This document shows, piece after piece, positions 14,220 through 26,418 of a stretch of 64,000 nucleotides of DNA (position 1 is its first letter; each line of letters begins with the position of its first letter). The stretch comes from Macrostomum lignano. Its lineage: Eukaryota. The translations under genes and the position numbers were made by a program. The notes below the pieces were generated by a model. The model had not been told where the DNA came from. It ran no database searches and saw only the letters and a list, made by a program, of their open reading frames with translations. Location: NCBI GenBank assembly GCA_002269645.1, contig NIVC01000363.1:372001-436000 (forward strand), in the 5' to 3' direction.

Positions 14220-15165
14220 ATTCAGTACCTAAAGTGACACAATTTCAGCAACTGAAGTGACACAATTTCAGCAACTGAAGTGACACAATTTCAGCAACTG
14301 AAGTGACACAATTTCAGTATCTGAAATGACACAATTTCAGTATCTGAAGTGACACAATTTCAGTAACTAAAGTGACACAATTTCAGTAACTAAAGTGACA
14401 CAATTTCAGTATCTGAAGTGACACAATTTCAGTAACTAAAGTGACACAATTTCAGTAACTGAAGTGACACAATTTCAGTATCTAAAGTGACACAATTTCA
14501 GTATCTAAAGTGACACAATTTCAGTATCTGAAGTGACACAATTTCAGTAACTAAAGTGACACAATTTCAGTAACTGAAGTGACACAATTTCAGTATCTAA
14601 AGTGACACAATTTCAGTAACTAAAGTGACACAATTTCAGTATCTGAAGTGACACAATTTCAGTATCTAAGTGACACAATTTCAGTATCTAAGTGACACAA
14701 TTTCAGTATCTAAAGTGACACAATTTCAGTATCTGAAGTGACACAATTTCAGTATCTGAGGTGACAAAATTTCAGCAACTGAAGTGACACAATTTCAGTA
14801 TCTGAAGTGACACAATTTCAGTATCTGAAGTGACACAATTTCAGCAACTGAAGTGACACAATTTCAGTATCTAAGTGACACAATTTCAGTATCTAAAGTG
14901 ACACAATTTCAGTATCTGAAGTGACACAATTTCAGTATCTGAGGTGACACAATTTCAGCAACTGAAGTGACACAATTTCAGTAACTGAAGTGACACAATT
15001 TCAGTAACTGAAGTGACACAATTTCAGTATCTGAAGTGACACAATTTCAGTATCTGAAGTGACACAATTTCAGTATCTGAAGTGATAAAATTTCAGTAAC
15101 TGAAGTGACACAATTTCAGTAACTAAAGTGACACAATTTCAGTAACTAAAATGAGACAATTTCAG
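14220..15165. repeat. 23-nt minisatellite (AAGTGACACAATTTCAGTATCTG), ~40 copies
   Basis: Direct reading. Confidence 0.95.
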
Positions 15166-15892
15166 GACCTGAGGAGCCAAATCTCGGACTTAAATCATTC
15201 ATGAAGCTAAACTTCAAAGCAAGAAGCCGAATATAATTAATAATTTAGATGAAGCTGACATATTATCATGCATGCTGATATTTCGCTCACACAAAATAAC
15301 TTTCTACTTCCAGTTCCAATAATATCGAAATTTGAAATGAAAGCAATGAAATGGAATAATAAAATGCAGCTACAAAGTGTAACGAAGCCAGAGCTAGAGG
15401 GTAAGACTTGCTCTCTCTCTCTCTCTCTCTCTCTCGTTTATTTAGAAATTTTCCTAAATCCACTGAAACTTGAAGGGGGCAAAAATTTAAAGAAATAGCT
15501 TTATTGAATTCGATCAGTCTTTGACAAGCAGCCACGTTCTGCAGTCCTACGAGTAGATTTGCAACAAAAACGATCGGAGAAAATAGTCTTTAAAAAAAGC
15601 AATAGCAAAAAACGTGGATTCGATAGTTTTTTGTCCAAAAATTCGACCAGAAAAAGTTTTACAGTTTTAAACTCTTTTTGACTGAAGAAAGTAGAACTGT
15701 AAAGGAATTTTCGATTTGTTTTCTTTGATTTTTCAGCGTCTTACACCTGAACGGGACTGTGACTGCGAGTCACTTCAGGCACCATTCAGCCACGGTGTGG
15801 GGGGGCGCATTATCACAAGGTAAAGGTGAGTAAGGTAGGGTACGTTTTGATGGGGGTTTTAACATGTCTTACCACCTGCTATAGGGAGAGGC

Positions 15893-16575
15893 GTCAGACG
15901 TAGACTGTGTGGTGTCAGACAGACTGTGTGGTGTCAGACAGACTGTGTGGTGTCAGACAGACTGTGTGGTGTCAGACAGACTGTGTGGTGTCAGACAGAC
16001 TGTGTGGTGTCGGACAGAGACTGTGTGGTGTCAGACAGACTGTGTGGTGTCAGACAGAGACTGTGTGGTGTAAGACAGACTGTGTGGTGTCAGACAGAGA
16101 CTGTGTGGTGTGTGGTGTCAGACAGAGACCGTGTGGTGTCAGACAGAGACTGTGTGGTGTCAGACAGAGACTGTGTGGTGTCAGACAGACTGTGTGGTGT
16201 CAGACAGAGACTGTGTGGTGTCAGACAGACTGTGTGGTGTCAGACAGAGACTGTGTGGTGTCAGACAGAGACTGTGTGGTGTCAGACAGAGACTGTGTGG
16301 TGTCAGACAGAGACTGTGTGGTGTCAGACAGACTGTGTGGTGTCAGACAGACTGTGTGGTGTCAGACGTAGACTGTGTGGTGTCAGACAGACTGTGTGGT
16401 GTCAGACGTAGACTGTGTGGTGTCAGACAGAGACTGCGTGCTGTCAGACGGACATTTTGGGGTGTCAGATTGAGACATTCGAGTGTCATACAGAAATGGC
16501 ATGGTGTTTATTCTGTATGTTTCAGACAAAGACAGTGTGGTGTCAGACGTAGACTGTGTGGTGTCAGACGGAGAC
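15893..16575. repeat. 19/21-nt minisatellite (GACTGTGTGGTGTCAGACA[GA])
   Basis: Direct reading. Confidence 0.9.
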
Positions 16576-17411
16576 ATTGGGGTGTCAGACGGACCAGTGA
16601 AATTCCAAGACGGAGGAGTTAACTTCAGTACGGACAGTACAGTACTTGACCGCACACTTAAATATTCGCATAATTTGCTGTCAGACAAATCTATGCTACA
16701 ATATATACCCCAGGCACAAGCCGACAGTAAAAACCACGTACTACTGTCTGTATGTTCGGTGTAGACGAAAAAACACCCGGTGTTATCTAATTTATTGTTG
16801 CCATGGGAGACGCTGTTACCAATCATGCTTAACGTATAGATATACGTGTATACTCGTACATGCACAGGGACCAAGGCAGTAATAAAACAGCTACGCTGTG
16901 GTAGCATTACAGCGGCTATAGAAGGCTGTAGAATCCGTGATGGAATCTGTTGCTATCTCGCCTTATAAGCTGCAGAGTTGGTTCCTCAGCACTTAACCCA
17001 ACCCGCGGCTGCAGCAGCGCCAGCTATAACCCCGAACCTCGGTTGCCCACAAGAAGCAACCGAGCTGACAGAAACTTCAACAGCAAGTTCAAAAACGGCA
17101 ATATAGTGTCATCTCCGTTTCCGCCGCTTCGGCTGACATTTCGCTTAATGCTGGTACAAAGTAGCCCATGGAATTGTAGAAGATGAAAATCAGTGGGGAC
17201 GAGTTTTCAGTGTGTCTGCGCCTGGGGGCTTTGTTTTGAAAATATTGCAGAATCAGAAGACTGAAATCTGAACTTTTTGAGGCAACGGCGCCACCGATCT
17301 TGTCGGGGATTGAAGTGGATGTGAAATCTGATTGCTGCGAGGCTGAGTTCTGTTCAAGTGATAGCTCGGCATTGCATCTGCTGCGGGAATATCTACGTTT
17401 ATACCTAGCGA

Positions 17412-17949
17412 TTTACCTGTCTATCTACCTTATCTACCTGTCTATCTATCTACTTTATCTATCTGTCTATCTATCTACTTTATCTACCTGTCTATCTATC
17501 TACTTTATCTATCTGTCTATCTATCTACTTTATCTATCTGTCTATCTATCTACTTTATCTACCTGTCTATCTATCTACTTTATCTACCTGTCTATCTATC
17601 TACTTTATCTACCTGTCTATCTATCTACTTTATCTACCTGTCTATCTATCTACTTTATCTACCTGTCTATCTATCTACTTTATCTACCTGTCTATCGATC
17701 TACTTTATCTACCTGTCTATCTATCTACTTTATCTACCTGTCTATCTATCTACTTTATCTACCTGTCTATCTATCTACTTTATCTACCTGTCTATCTATC
17801 TACTTTATCTACCTGTCTATCTATCTACTTTATCTACCTGTCTATCTATCTACTTTATCTACCTGTCTATCTATCTACTTTAACTACCTGTCTATCGATC
17901 TACTTTATCTACCTGTCTATCTATCTATCTATCTATCTATCCATCCAAC

Positions 17950-18034
<85 letters not shown>

Positions 18035-18095
18035 GTATCTATCTATCTATGTATCTATCTATCTATCTATCTATCTATGTATCTATCTATCTATG

Positions 18096-18151
<56 letters not shown>

Positions 18152-18155
18152 CAAC

Positions 18156-18196
<41 letters not shown>

Positions 18197-18230
18197 GTAT
18201 CTATCTATCTATCTATCTACCTACCCATCT
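17412..18230. repeat. 25-nt minisatellite (TCTATCTATCTACTTTATCTACCTG) running into a (TCTA)n microsatellite
   Basis: Direct reading; 25-mer to about 17920, 4-mer thereafter. Confidence 0.9.
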
Positions 18231-18892
18231 ATCAATTTATCTTTACACCGAGCAAGCACAGTCGTGTTTCTACCAGTCTATACCAGCCTATTTAAACTTG
18301 AAAACGCATCTATCAACCTCGTATTTACAGTGCAGGTGCAAATTCAGACATCAAGATTAATGACATTCCGAGTTCCGACAAGCCAAAGCTAGCCAAGACC
18401 GATAAACTCAAGACACTCATTAAAAGCACCGTGTTTAGACTGTAAACCCGACCGCACAGGGCGATTGAAAGCAACAAATTTGATTATTTCTACGCTCCTA
18501 CCAAAATCCTCTCCAGATAAATCTGGTATTTATGATTATTGCTGTCAGAAATATTGACCCATATATTATATGGGCCGAACCAAACCGCACTATATCGCGG
18601 TACTTCATCTAAAATTGCGAAGTTAGAAGAAAAAACAAAGATTTAAAAACCTATCGTTAAATATTTTTTGAATAGTTAATACTCATTTACAAGCTTGAAA
18701 TGAAATTCTGCTTATAATTAGGCTTTGTATTTTTGTCAATGAGCGAATCAGGTAAGTAAGAAAGCGAGTTAGCTGAAGCGAACAGGAAAAATGCTGCCGT
18801 CAGTAGGCGTTGGCGGATCTATTCACAGGAAACATAATGTGGCTTGGTTTTGTACGGAATTAATCTTTAAATTTTTTGTTTTAATTGTCTTC

Positions 18893-19207
18893 GGTTTGGA
18901 ACCATCCGGTTTGGAACCATCCGGTTTGGAACCTTCCGGTTTGGAACCTTCCGGTTTGGAACCATCCGGTTTGGAACCTTCCGGTTTGGAACCTTCCGGT
19001 TTGGAAACTTCCGGTTTGGAACCTTCCGGTTTGGAACCTTCCGGTTTGGAACCTTCCGGTTTGGAACATTCCGGTTTGGAACCTTCCGGTTTGGAACCTT
19101 CCGGTTTGGAACCTTCCGGTTTGGAACCTTCCGGTTTGGAACCTTCCGGTTTGGAACCTTCCGGTTTGGAACCTTCCGGTTTAGAACCATTTAGTTTGGA
19201 ACCTTCC
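18893..19207. repeat. 15-nt minisatellite (GGTTTGGAACCTTCC), ~21 copies
   Basis: Direct reading. Confidence 0.95.
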
Positions 19208-19301
19208 AGCAATTTGGAACTTGAGAATTTAATAAAACTTTAACAAAAATTACAACCAACAAGCTGGGCATAAAATAAATAACCGAAACAAACGAAAAGC
19301 G

Positions 19302-22300
19302 TCACAATGGGTAGGCAAAATCCGGCAACACTGCCACGAGGTCGCTGTCTCCGGGAATTCCGCTATTGAAAGCCCCTGCAATGCCGCCGCGACTAACCGA
19401 CGCCACGGCGGCCCGGCCGATGCCCCAGCCGAATCGCCATTTCAACTGCTGAAACAATCGATAGAACTCTGACGACTCGGTGCCAGCCGCAGGCTGCTGA
19501 CAATTAGGCAAGGCACTTGACTCGCCACTATGAGTAGTATGAGTAGGCATTTTAGCGCCAGAGTTATTCGACAATAATCGAATAACAATTCGTTTCTGAC
19601 GTTGCAACGGTCTTCTACTAGGATAATCGAATACTTCCAGATCGTCGGTGTCGATGCTGAACAAGGGCGGAGGCGGCGGTTGAGGCTGAGGATGAGGCGC
19701 CGGCGGCTGTGGAAGAGGCGGAGAGATTAATTCAAACATTGGCGGCTGCTGTGTCTGCTTCTGCTTTTGCTGTTGCTGCTGCTGCGGCGGCGACGCTTCG
19801 GCAGCCAGCCGCAGAGGCGGCTCCTCCGATGCCAGAGGCGGCGTTAGCGGACGGTCGCTGATGGCGGGCAACGTGGAGGCCTCCGAGCACTGGTCGGCTG
19901 ACAGAGCTGCAAAATTGGGAATAGATGTTCATTTGTGTCACTACTGCTCTACTACTGCGGATAGTAAGTAGTATAGAGAGAAAAGTTACACTATAACTTT
20001 TATGTGAAATGTAAAAACTGCCTTCAACACTTTAAAACTACGAGTACAAGTCCTGACACAACACTAAATGTCCTGACACAACAAACTACATGTCCTGACA
20101 CAACAAAACTGCATATCCTGACCCAACAAAACTACATGTCCTGACACAGCACTACATGTCCTGACACAACAAAACTACATGTCCTGACACAGCACTACAT
20201 GTCCTGACACAACAAAACTACATGTCCTGACACAGCACTACATGTCCTGACACAAAAAACTACATGTCCTGACACAAAAAACTACATGTCCTGACACAAA
20301 AAAAACTAAATGTCCTGACACAACAAAACTACATATCTAGACAGATTAAAAATGCATGTCCTGTAGTCCTGACACTGCAAAAGTACATACCTAGACGCAG
20401 TAAAAGTACTTGTTTAAGCATACTAAGTGCATATTTAGACAAAATATTTATAAAAATGCGGACAAACCTCCGAAATTAAGCAGGTCCGCCATGCAGCTGA
20501 CATCGGAGTCCGGCACTGGTAAATCGCCTCGACTTTCAACGACATCATCATCGTCTCTTAGCAGAGGCAGCTGGGAGGGCACCGGGTCGTCCTGCATCAG
20601 GCCCAGCTGAGGCATCGCCGGCTCCAGCACTGGCGGTCGAGAGTTCGGCGAGCAAGCAGCTTCTGGACTGATCACATCGACATCTGCGCCAATATCGATC
20701 GGCAGTAGAGCCTGGCTCAGGTGCTGCTCCTGCAGAAACTGCTGCTGCTGCTGTTGCTGCTCCAACAGCATCAACAGGCCGTCAACATTCTCGGCGATGC
20801 TATCAGCTGCGGCAACAGAGCTGAGCAGATCCGGGCCCTGCTGAAGTTGTCGCTGTTGCGACATCAGGCCGAAGTTCACTGATGAAGCAGCGCAGAGTCT
20901 GCGAAACTGATAGAGCGGCAGGTCGAGCATCGAAGCGAACCCGTCGCTCGATGCCAACGCGCTGTACACGCTAGCGGCCAAGCGCCAATCACGACAATCT
21001 TCGCCTGCGCCACGGCAGCTCTCCGAATCGCATTCGACGTCATCGGCAGCAACCGGAAGCTCTTCTTCCTCTTCATCTGACAGCGATTCGTTATCAGCCT
21101 GGCGCCTGGCAACAGATTCCATCGACAATCGCCTCAGATAGGCCAACAGTCTGCAGCGAAGCCTGACGGCGGAGGCCACGGACTCCACATCAGCAGTCTG
21201 GCCGACAATCGCCGGCGTCAATTGCGCCAGCAGGCGAGGCAGCGACTTGCGCACAGCTGGCCAGCTTCTGTCCAGCAAGGGCGGCATCTCTGCAGCTGAC
21301 TGCAGCCCGGAAGCCGCGGCTGAACCATCGGACGATAACAGCAGCCGACGAAGCAACGGATTCGACTGTCTGCCACGACTAGGCGATAGTCTTGCTAGAA
21401 GTGTCGCGGCGGCCTCTTGCAGATCGACAGCCTCGGCTGGTCGCCAGACTGAACAAGGCGGAGTGGTGGCCAGCAGGCAGGAGAGCAGGTGAACAGCGAT
21501 GGCGAACTCGGAGGCTGGCCAAGTCAGATGAGGATTACTAGCGCAAGCTTGCAGACAGCGTAGGCAGCGAGACAGCAGAACGGGCGAGTGGCCGAATCGA
21601 CGACATAGCCGGCCAAGGAACTGCAGTAGGCGGGAAAGGATCCGGCCGAGGGCGGGAGTGTCCGTGCTGGCAAGGTGGCGGAGCAGGTGATGGAATGGCG
21701 GCTGCTGCTGCGGACTCTGCTTAGAATTGCCTGGTTGCTGCTTCACTCGCTGCTGCTGCGGCTGCTTCAAAGACGAAGAAACCGACTGGATTGGACGATT
21801 CAACGGACGACGTAGTAGTAGGAGTCGACGAATCTCAGCGCTATAGGCAGCTTCAGCCTGGGTCAGAGTGGCCGTAGATGAAGCTAAACTGCCAGTATTA
21901 ACAGAGTCCAAACTGTTGGTAGAAGAGTTGCACACGCGCAGTATAGACAGAGGCGCCGATACGGACGGATCAGCGCTGCCAACCCGAGCTCTGCGCAGCA
22001 GCAGCAGCGGATCTAAGCAAGTCTCCGGCAGGTAGCGAAGACCAGCCAAGTCCGGGTCGCCAGCCACAGCTTCCGCCGGAAGTCGTACAGGCGTCGGGCA
22101 GGTTAGCAGCTCCGCTGGTGGCGCCAGATGACCAATCAAACGCGGCGACTTCGACGCTAAGCAAGCGGAATCGACATCGTCGACAGTTAATCGCCTGCGC
22201 GCCGAATGTCGCATCCGTTGGGCAGCCTTGGTGATGAGGTGCCGAGTCTGGTAGGTGACCTCCTGGGCCAGGCAGAGCAGGGCGTCCCGATTGGCCAGCT

Positions 22301-22532
22301 GGGCTCCGGCCGAGTCGCACCATAGGCGGAGAGTTTCGGCGCTTAGCAGAGCGAATGATTGGCGCTCCTGCTGGGCAGCGGCTGCAGCCGCCGCGGCGCC
22401 GGAGGTCACGCCAATGTACTGCTGCTGCTGCGGCTGTTGCTGCGCCTGCGGCGAAGGCGAAGATTGAAACGAAGGCGAGGGCGACGCTGACGGCTTTTTG
22501 CGCTTTGTTGTTGGCGCTTGCTGGATTGGCAA
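19302..22532 (-). CDS. TAF6L: TAF6/TAF6L-like histone-fold protein (TFIID/SAGA subunit family); 5' end unresolved
   Basis: ORF 22532-20468 encodes an H4-like TAF6 histone fold (AETLRLWCDSAG...LAQEVTYQTRHLITKAAQRMRHSARRRLTVDDVDSA) followed by a helical region. Donor G|GTTTGT at 20467 and acceptor TTTTGCAG at 19907 join in phase 1 to exon 19906-19302 (Pro/Gln-rich). The listed start at 22532 is TTG, not ATG. TAF6 versus TAF6L cannot be settled without alignment. Confidence 0.6.
20050..20345. repeat. ~23-nt minisatellite (TCCTGACACAACAAAACTACATG) in the TAF6-like intron
   Basis: Direct reading. Confidence 0.85.
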
Positions 22533-23331
22533 GAGTAGTTTTAGGACATATTGACACTGTTCATCCTGGGTTTGTCAAGCATCAGAATCGCAGTGCCATT
22601 CTAGGCATTTTGGGTCCAAATTCAAGATGCCAGCTGTTATCAGTCAGAAAGTCAAAAATCTAATAAAATACCAACATCTCTGCCCTATGCTTACACTTCT
22701 GACTGCCTCTCTGACTCACAGAAGTTGCAGAAATCTGCAGACTTTATGTTTACAGATTGCTCAAATTTAACAATTGATAGGAGACTAACCTAAATTTGGA
22801 ACCCCAGGTGCCAATTTGGAACATACATGTGCAACCCCCCCCCCTGATTTACACTGGCTGTGAAACTTACTAAAACCAATTTTGCTATCAATATCATTAG
22901 GCCTAGACTTAATTATCCATTGATAGTTAAAAGTTAATTAGGCAAGTTGGTGGCCATAAAAATAGAATTAAACAGAAAGAAACAACTTTTGTACATAAAT
23001 AATAATTCCTTTAAGCTATTGATAAATCTAAAAAGAGCAAAGATTTAATTAAGAATACATAGGCCTAAGCTAGGCCCTATTCATTTTCATATTATATTTT
23101 CTTTAAAGGCCAATCAAAACTACAATAGGCCTTTCTTTATAATATTTAAACTAGGCATAGTGCCTAGTCTCATCATTTAAAATCTTATAGATTGACCTTT
23201 CAATAAAAATGACAATTTATTATGGCCTTAGCCCCTAGGCATATTTTGTCTATTGCTATATCAACTATTTACTAGGCCTTAGTCTAGAGAATATGATAAA
23301 TGGTAGTAATAAAGTCTACTAAACTGGTAAG

Positions 23332-24091
23332 CAGTGGTGTGATTGGCAAAGGGCCATTTTTTCATGCCTCACAAAAACATTCGTGCCATTGTTTACTAGT
23401 TTAAATAACATGCTAACTACATATATGTACATGTAGAAAACCCATATTTTTATGGTTTTTGCTTCTTTTTTTCCAGCACTAAGGATCAATCCTTGCTGTG
23501 GCAGTACTTTACCACTCATAAAAGTTTGGCCTGCACAACTAAAAAGCGAGCAGCAAATGTCCTTGGACAAAAATGGGTGTCAAAACTTCATGGTATTTGA
23601 TTTCTAAACTTTTTTGAAGGACACTCTGGGGCAGGCAATGGCTATTCCTAACTTCCTACTCAACAGCCTTCCATTTCAGCACTTGCTCAGCAATTCTTTC
23701 AGCTTCCTTCAATTTCTTCTGCTGGAGCTTGCATTTCTCCTGTCGAAGCTGTTCCAACTCTTGATCCTTCTCCTTGTTACGAGTCAGCTCTAGCAGCAGT
23801 CATTGGAGCTCTCTTCAGTCTGCTTCTATTTTGACTGGATCTTGTCTTCTTTCATTTTCAGCTGCTGCTCTAGATCCAGATTTGCATGTATTGTACACCA
23901 GAACATAAAGTTTAAATTTGAATAAAGCATGCATGAATAGACTAAACGTGATCAGTTCATCAGTAAAAAATAAAATTCAAAAATTGAAAAATCGCACCTC
24001 TGCTTGACGAAAATTTGCGCCTGCCCTCAGAAATCGCGTATTCGCGCCTTTTTTTGCGCCTAGCACAATTCGCACTTTAATCACACCACTG
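23332..24091. mobile_element. 760-bp non-autonomous hAT-type DNA transposon (MITE)
   Basis: Perfect 13-bp TIRs CAGTGGTGTGATT (23332-23344) and AATCACACCACTG (24079-24091); perfect 8-bp TSD CTGGTAAG (23324-23331, 24092-24099). CAG-starting TIRs with an 8-bp TSD are typical of hAT. Confidence 0.9.
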
Positions 24092-25388
24092 CTGGTAAGT
24101 AATTCAATTATAATAAAATAAAATTGGCATAACTAGGCCTAGGCCCCCTATCTATAGTTTTGTTTATTAAAGACTCCAGAAAAGTAATCTACCAACTATT
24201 TCTAGTATAAAAAACTATTTTTAAGAGACTTAAGCCTGATTAAGCACTAATTCTATGCTTCAAAACTTGTTTTAATGTATCTGACACCAGAAAGCTGCAG
24301 TGCAGAAAGCTGCAACATTCTTCAGCTTGAAAAATGGTCCATGGTCCAGTCTAAATATATATGATCTTTAAAAAGTTGACAAATATCAAAGTATAGGCCC
24401 TATTATATTATATATTATATCTATAACTATAGATTTTATAGTTATAAAGGCAGCCTAACAATGCATAAATTTTATTCAGACATAGCCATAGGCCTAGGCG
24501 CCTAAATCTAGAGCATAGGCATAAGGCTCTGGACCAAGCTAAAAAAAAAAAAACATGATAAAATTAGGCTTATAATTATGACTATGTTAGGACTATCCTA
24601 TACAATTCTTAGACTTAGTCTTAGGTCTAGCTAGGTAAGCTAGGCCTTGCTTTTTAGCTTTCAGTTTTAATGTATTCTGTGATAATTGTACGTATAGGCC
24701 TATTAATATTAAGCCTACGTTCATTGAAACAGTAAAATTCAGACTGTTCTTTAACTGATTTGAAACTAGCCCCCCTTAATATTTCGTTTAGCGTAGACCT
24801 CATCGTAGACGTAGAGTCGTAGACTGTAATTTTTTTTCTTAGAAACTGTGCAAAATCGTTTGCTTGAATCATTGCTTTTCTAGAAGCGAGTCGAGTACCA
24901 CTGTACCGGCTTTAACTTTGGAAAATGTGTATTGGTGAGTTTAGACCTTAAGGTTAAAAGAGGGATAGCAATTGATCAGTTCGTGTAGCGTATAACTTTA
25001 TTTATGTTTTCAATTTTTAATTTTATGACTTGAATTTTTAATGACTTAGAATGTTAGGCCTACTCTGTTTCTACTGTGTTCTAGCTGCTTTTTCATAATT
25101 TCATTTGCATTTCATTCTTTCTCGCTTGAAAGTCTTATGACTGCCTTTATTGTTCTCCCGTTGTTACGACGGGAGAGGCCGAGCCGCTAGGCTACGCTGA
25201 CAATTATCGGCTCTGGCTGCGACAGTGTGTTTCCGTCGTGTTGTTTTAGATGGCCGTGCAAGGTCGTGACCGTCCTGCTTTGCTACGCCGAGACTATCGC
25301 TACTTTCCTACCTAGTCGCTAGTTTATTTACACTTTTCTCATCTGCTGTTTGGCTCTCTTCGTTTGTCTCAACCAATATAGTTCAAAC

Positions 25389-25526
<138 letters not shown>

Positions 25527-26418
25527 ATCTCTCACCCTTTTCTTCTTCTGATTGGTCGGTCTCTCATTCTTCTATAAGCCTCTCATTCTCTCGCCTGTCG
25601 CGTACACCACCCTCCTTACTTTATGTCAGCCAACCCCCTCAGTTTGAGCCTTCAACCCACCCCTTGCTGTACATAACGATACTGCTATAAATATAATAGT
25701 AGTAATAAATATGTACTATAAAGTACAGGGCTTCTAGCCCTTTCAGTGAGCATCTGAGTGTTAAAGTAGTGGCTACCTGCACCCCGGCCTAGAAATGTAC
25801 ATGTAGTTATAAACGATGCGGACTAGCTCAAAAAGCGCAGGTTGACGCGGCACATGCTGGTTTCTTGATGCCATTTGCCTTCACGATCGGCGATGAGCCA
25901 GTCACCAACCCGACACCCCGACACCCCGACACCACACGTTGCTTATTCTTGCCCAAGTCCGGAGAAGTGCTGTAATTGTAATTTAAAACATCTAAATATA
26001 CTAAATCTCTAAGGTTTGTATGCTTGTAAAGTACTAATATCATACTCGTAGTTGGTTGTTGTTGTAGTAAGAAAGTTAGTCATTAGGTACTAAGTCACAA
26101 CGATACCTCGGCGCCAAAGTCGACGCACATTGTCATAACAACCCAAAGACTGATATTCCCTGCGGATATTCCTGAATTAAGCAAAGCCCCATGTATAGAA
26201 ATAAGTTCATTCAGACGAGATTCTGCGAGCGGCCATAGACAGCGCGCTAAAATTAATTGCCCTGTCGACGGACTTTTGCCTTGTTGTGTATAATCTTTCC
26301 ATTAGTTTAATAATTTAAAAGCGAGAGAGCAAGCAAGTAGCATCTTGTTAAGCTCGTTCGCGTCCAATTTAATTTGAAAACAACTCATTTAACTGGCACT
26401 ATCTTCTGCAGTGTAACT

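Noticed and set aside
10436-14220. CRISPR-like appearance of regular 20-33 nt repeats
   Set aside because: Head-to-tail units with no unique spacers, no cas genes, and eukaryotic context
16797-17400. X-box-like GTTGCCATGGGAGAC and nearby GC-richer, exon-like sequence
   Set aside because: No consistent ORF or splice chain could be built on either strand
22591-22858. Possible MITE with CAGTG ends
   Set aside because: TIR match limited to about 5 nt and no TSD
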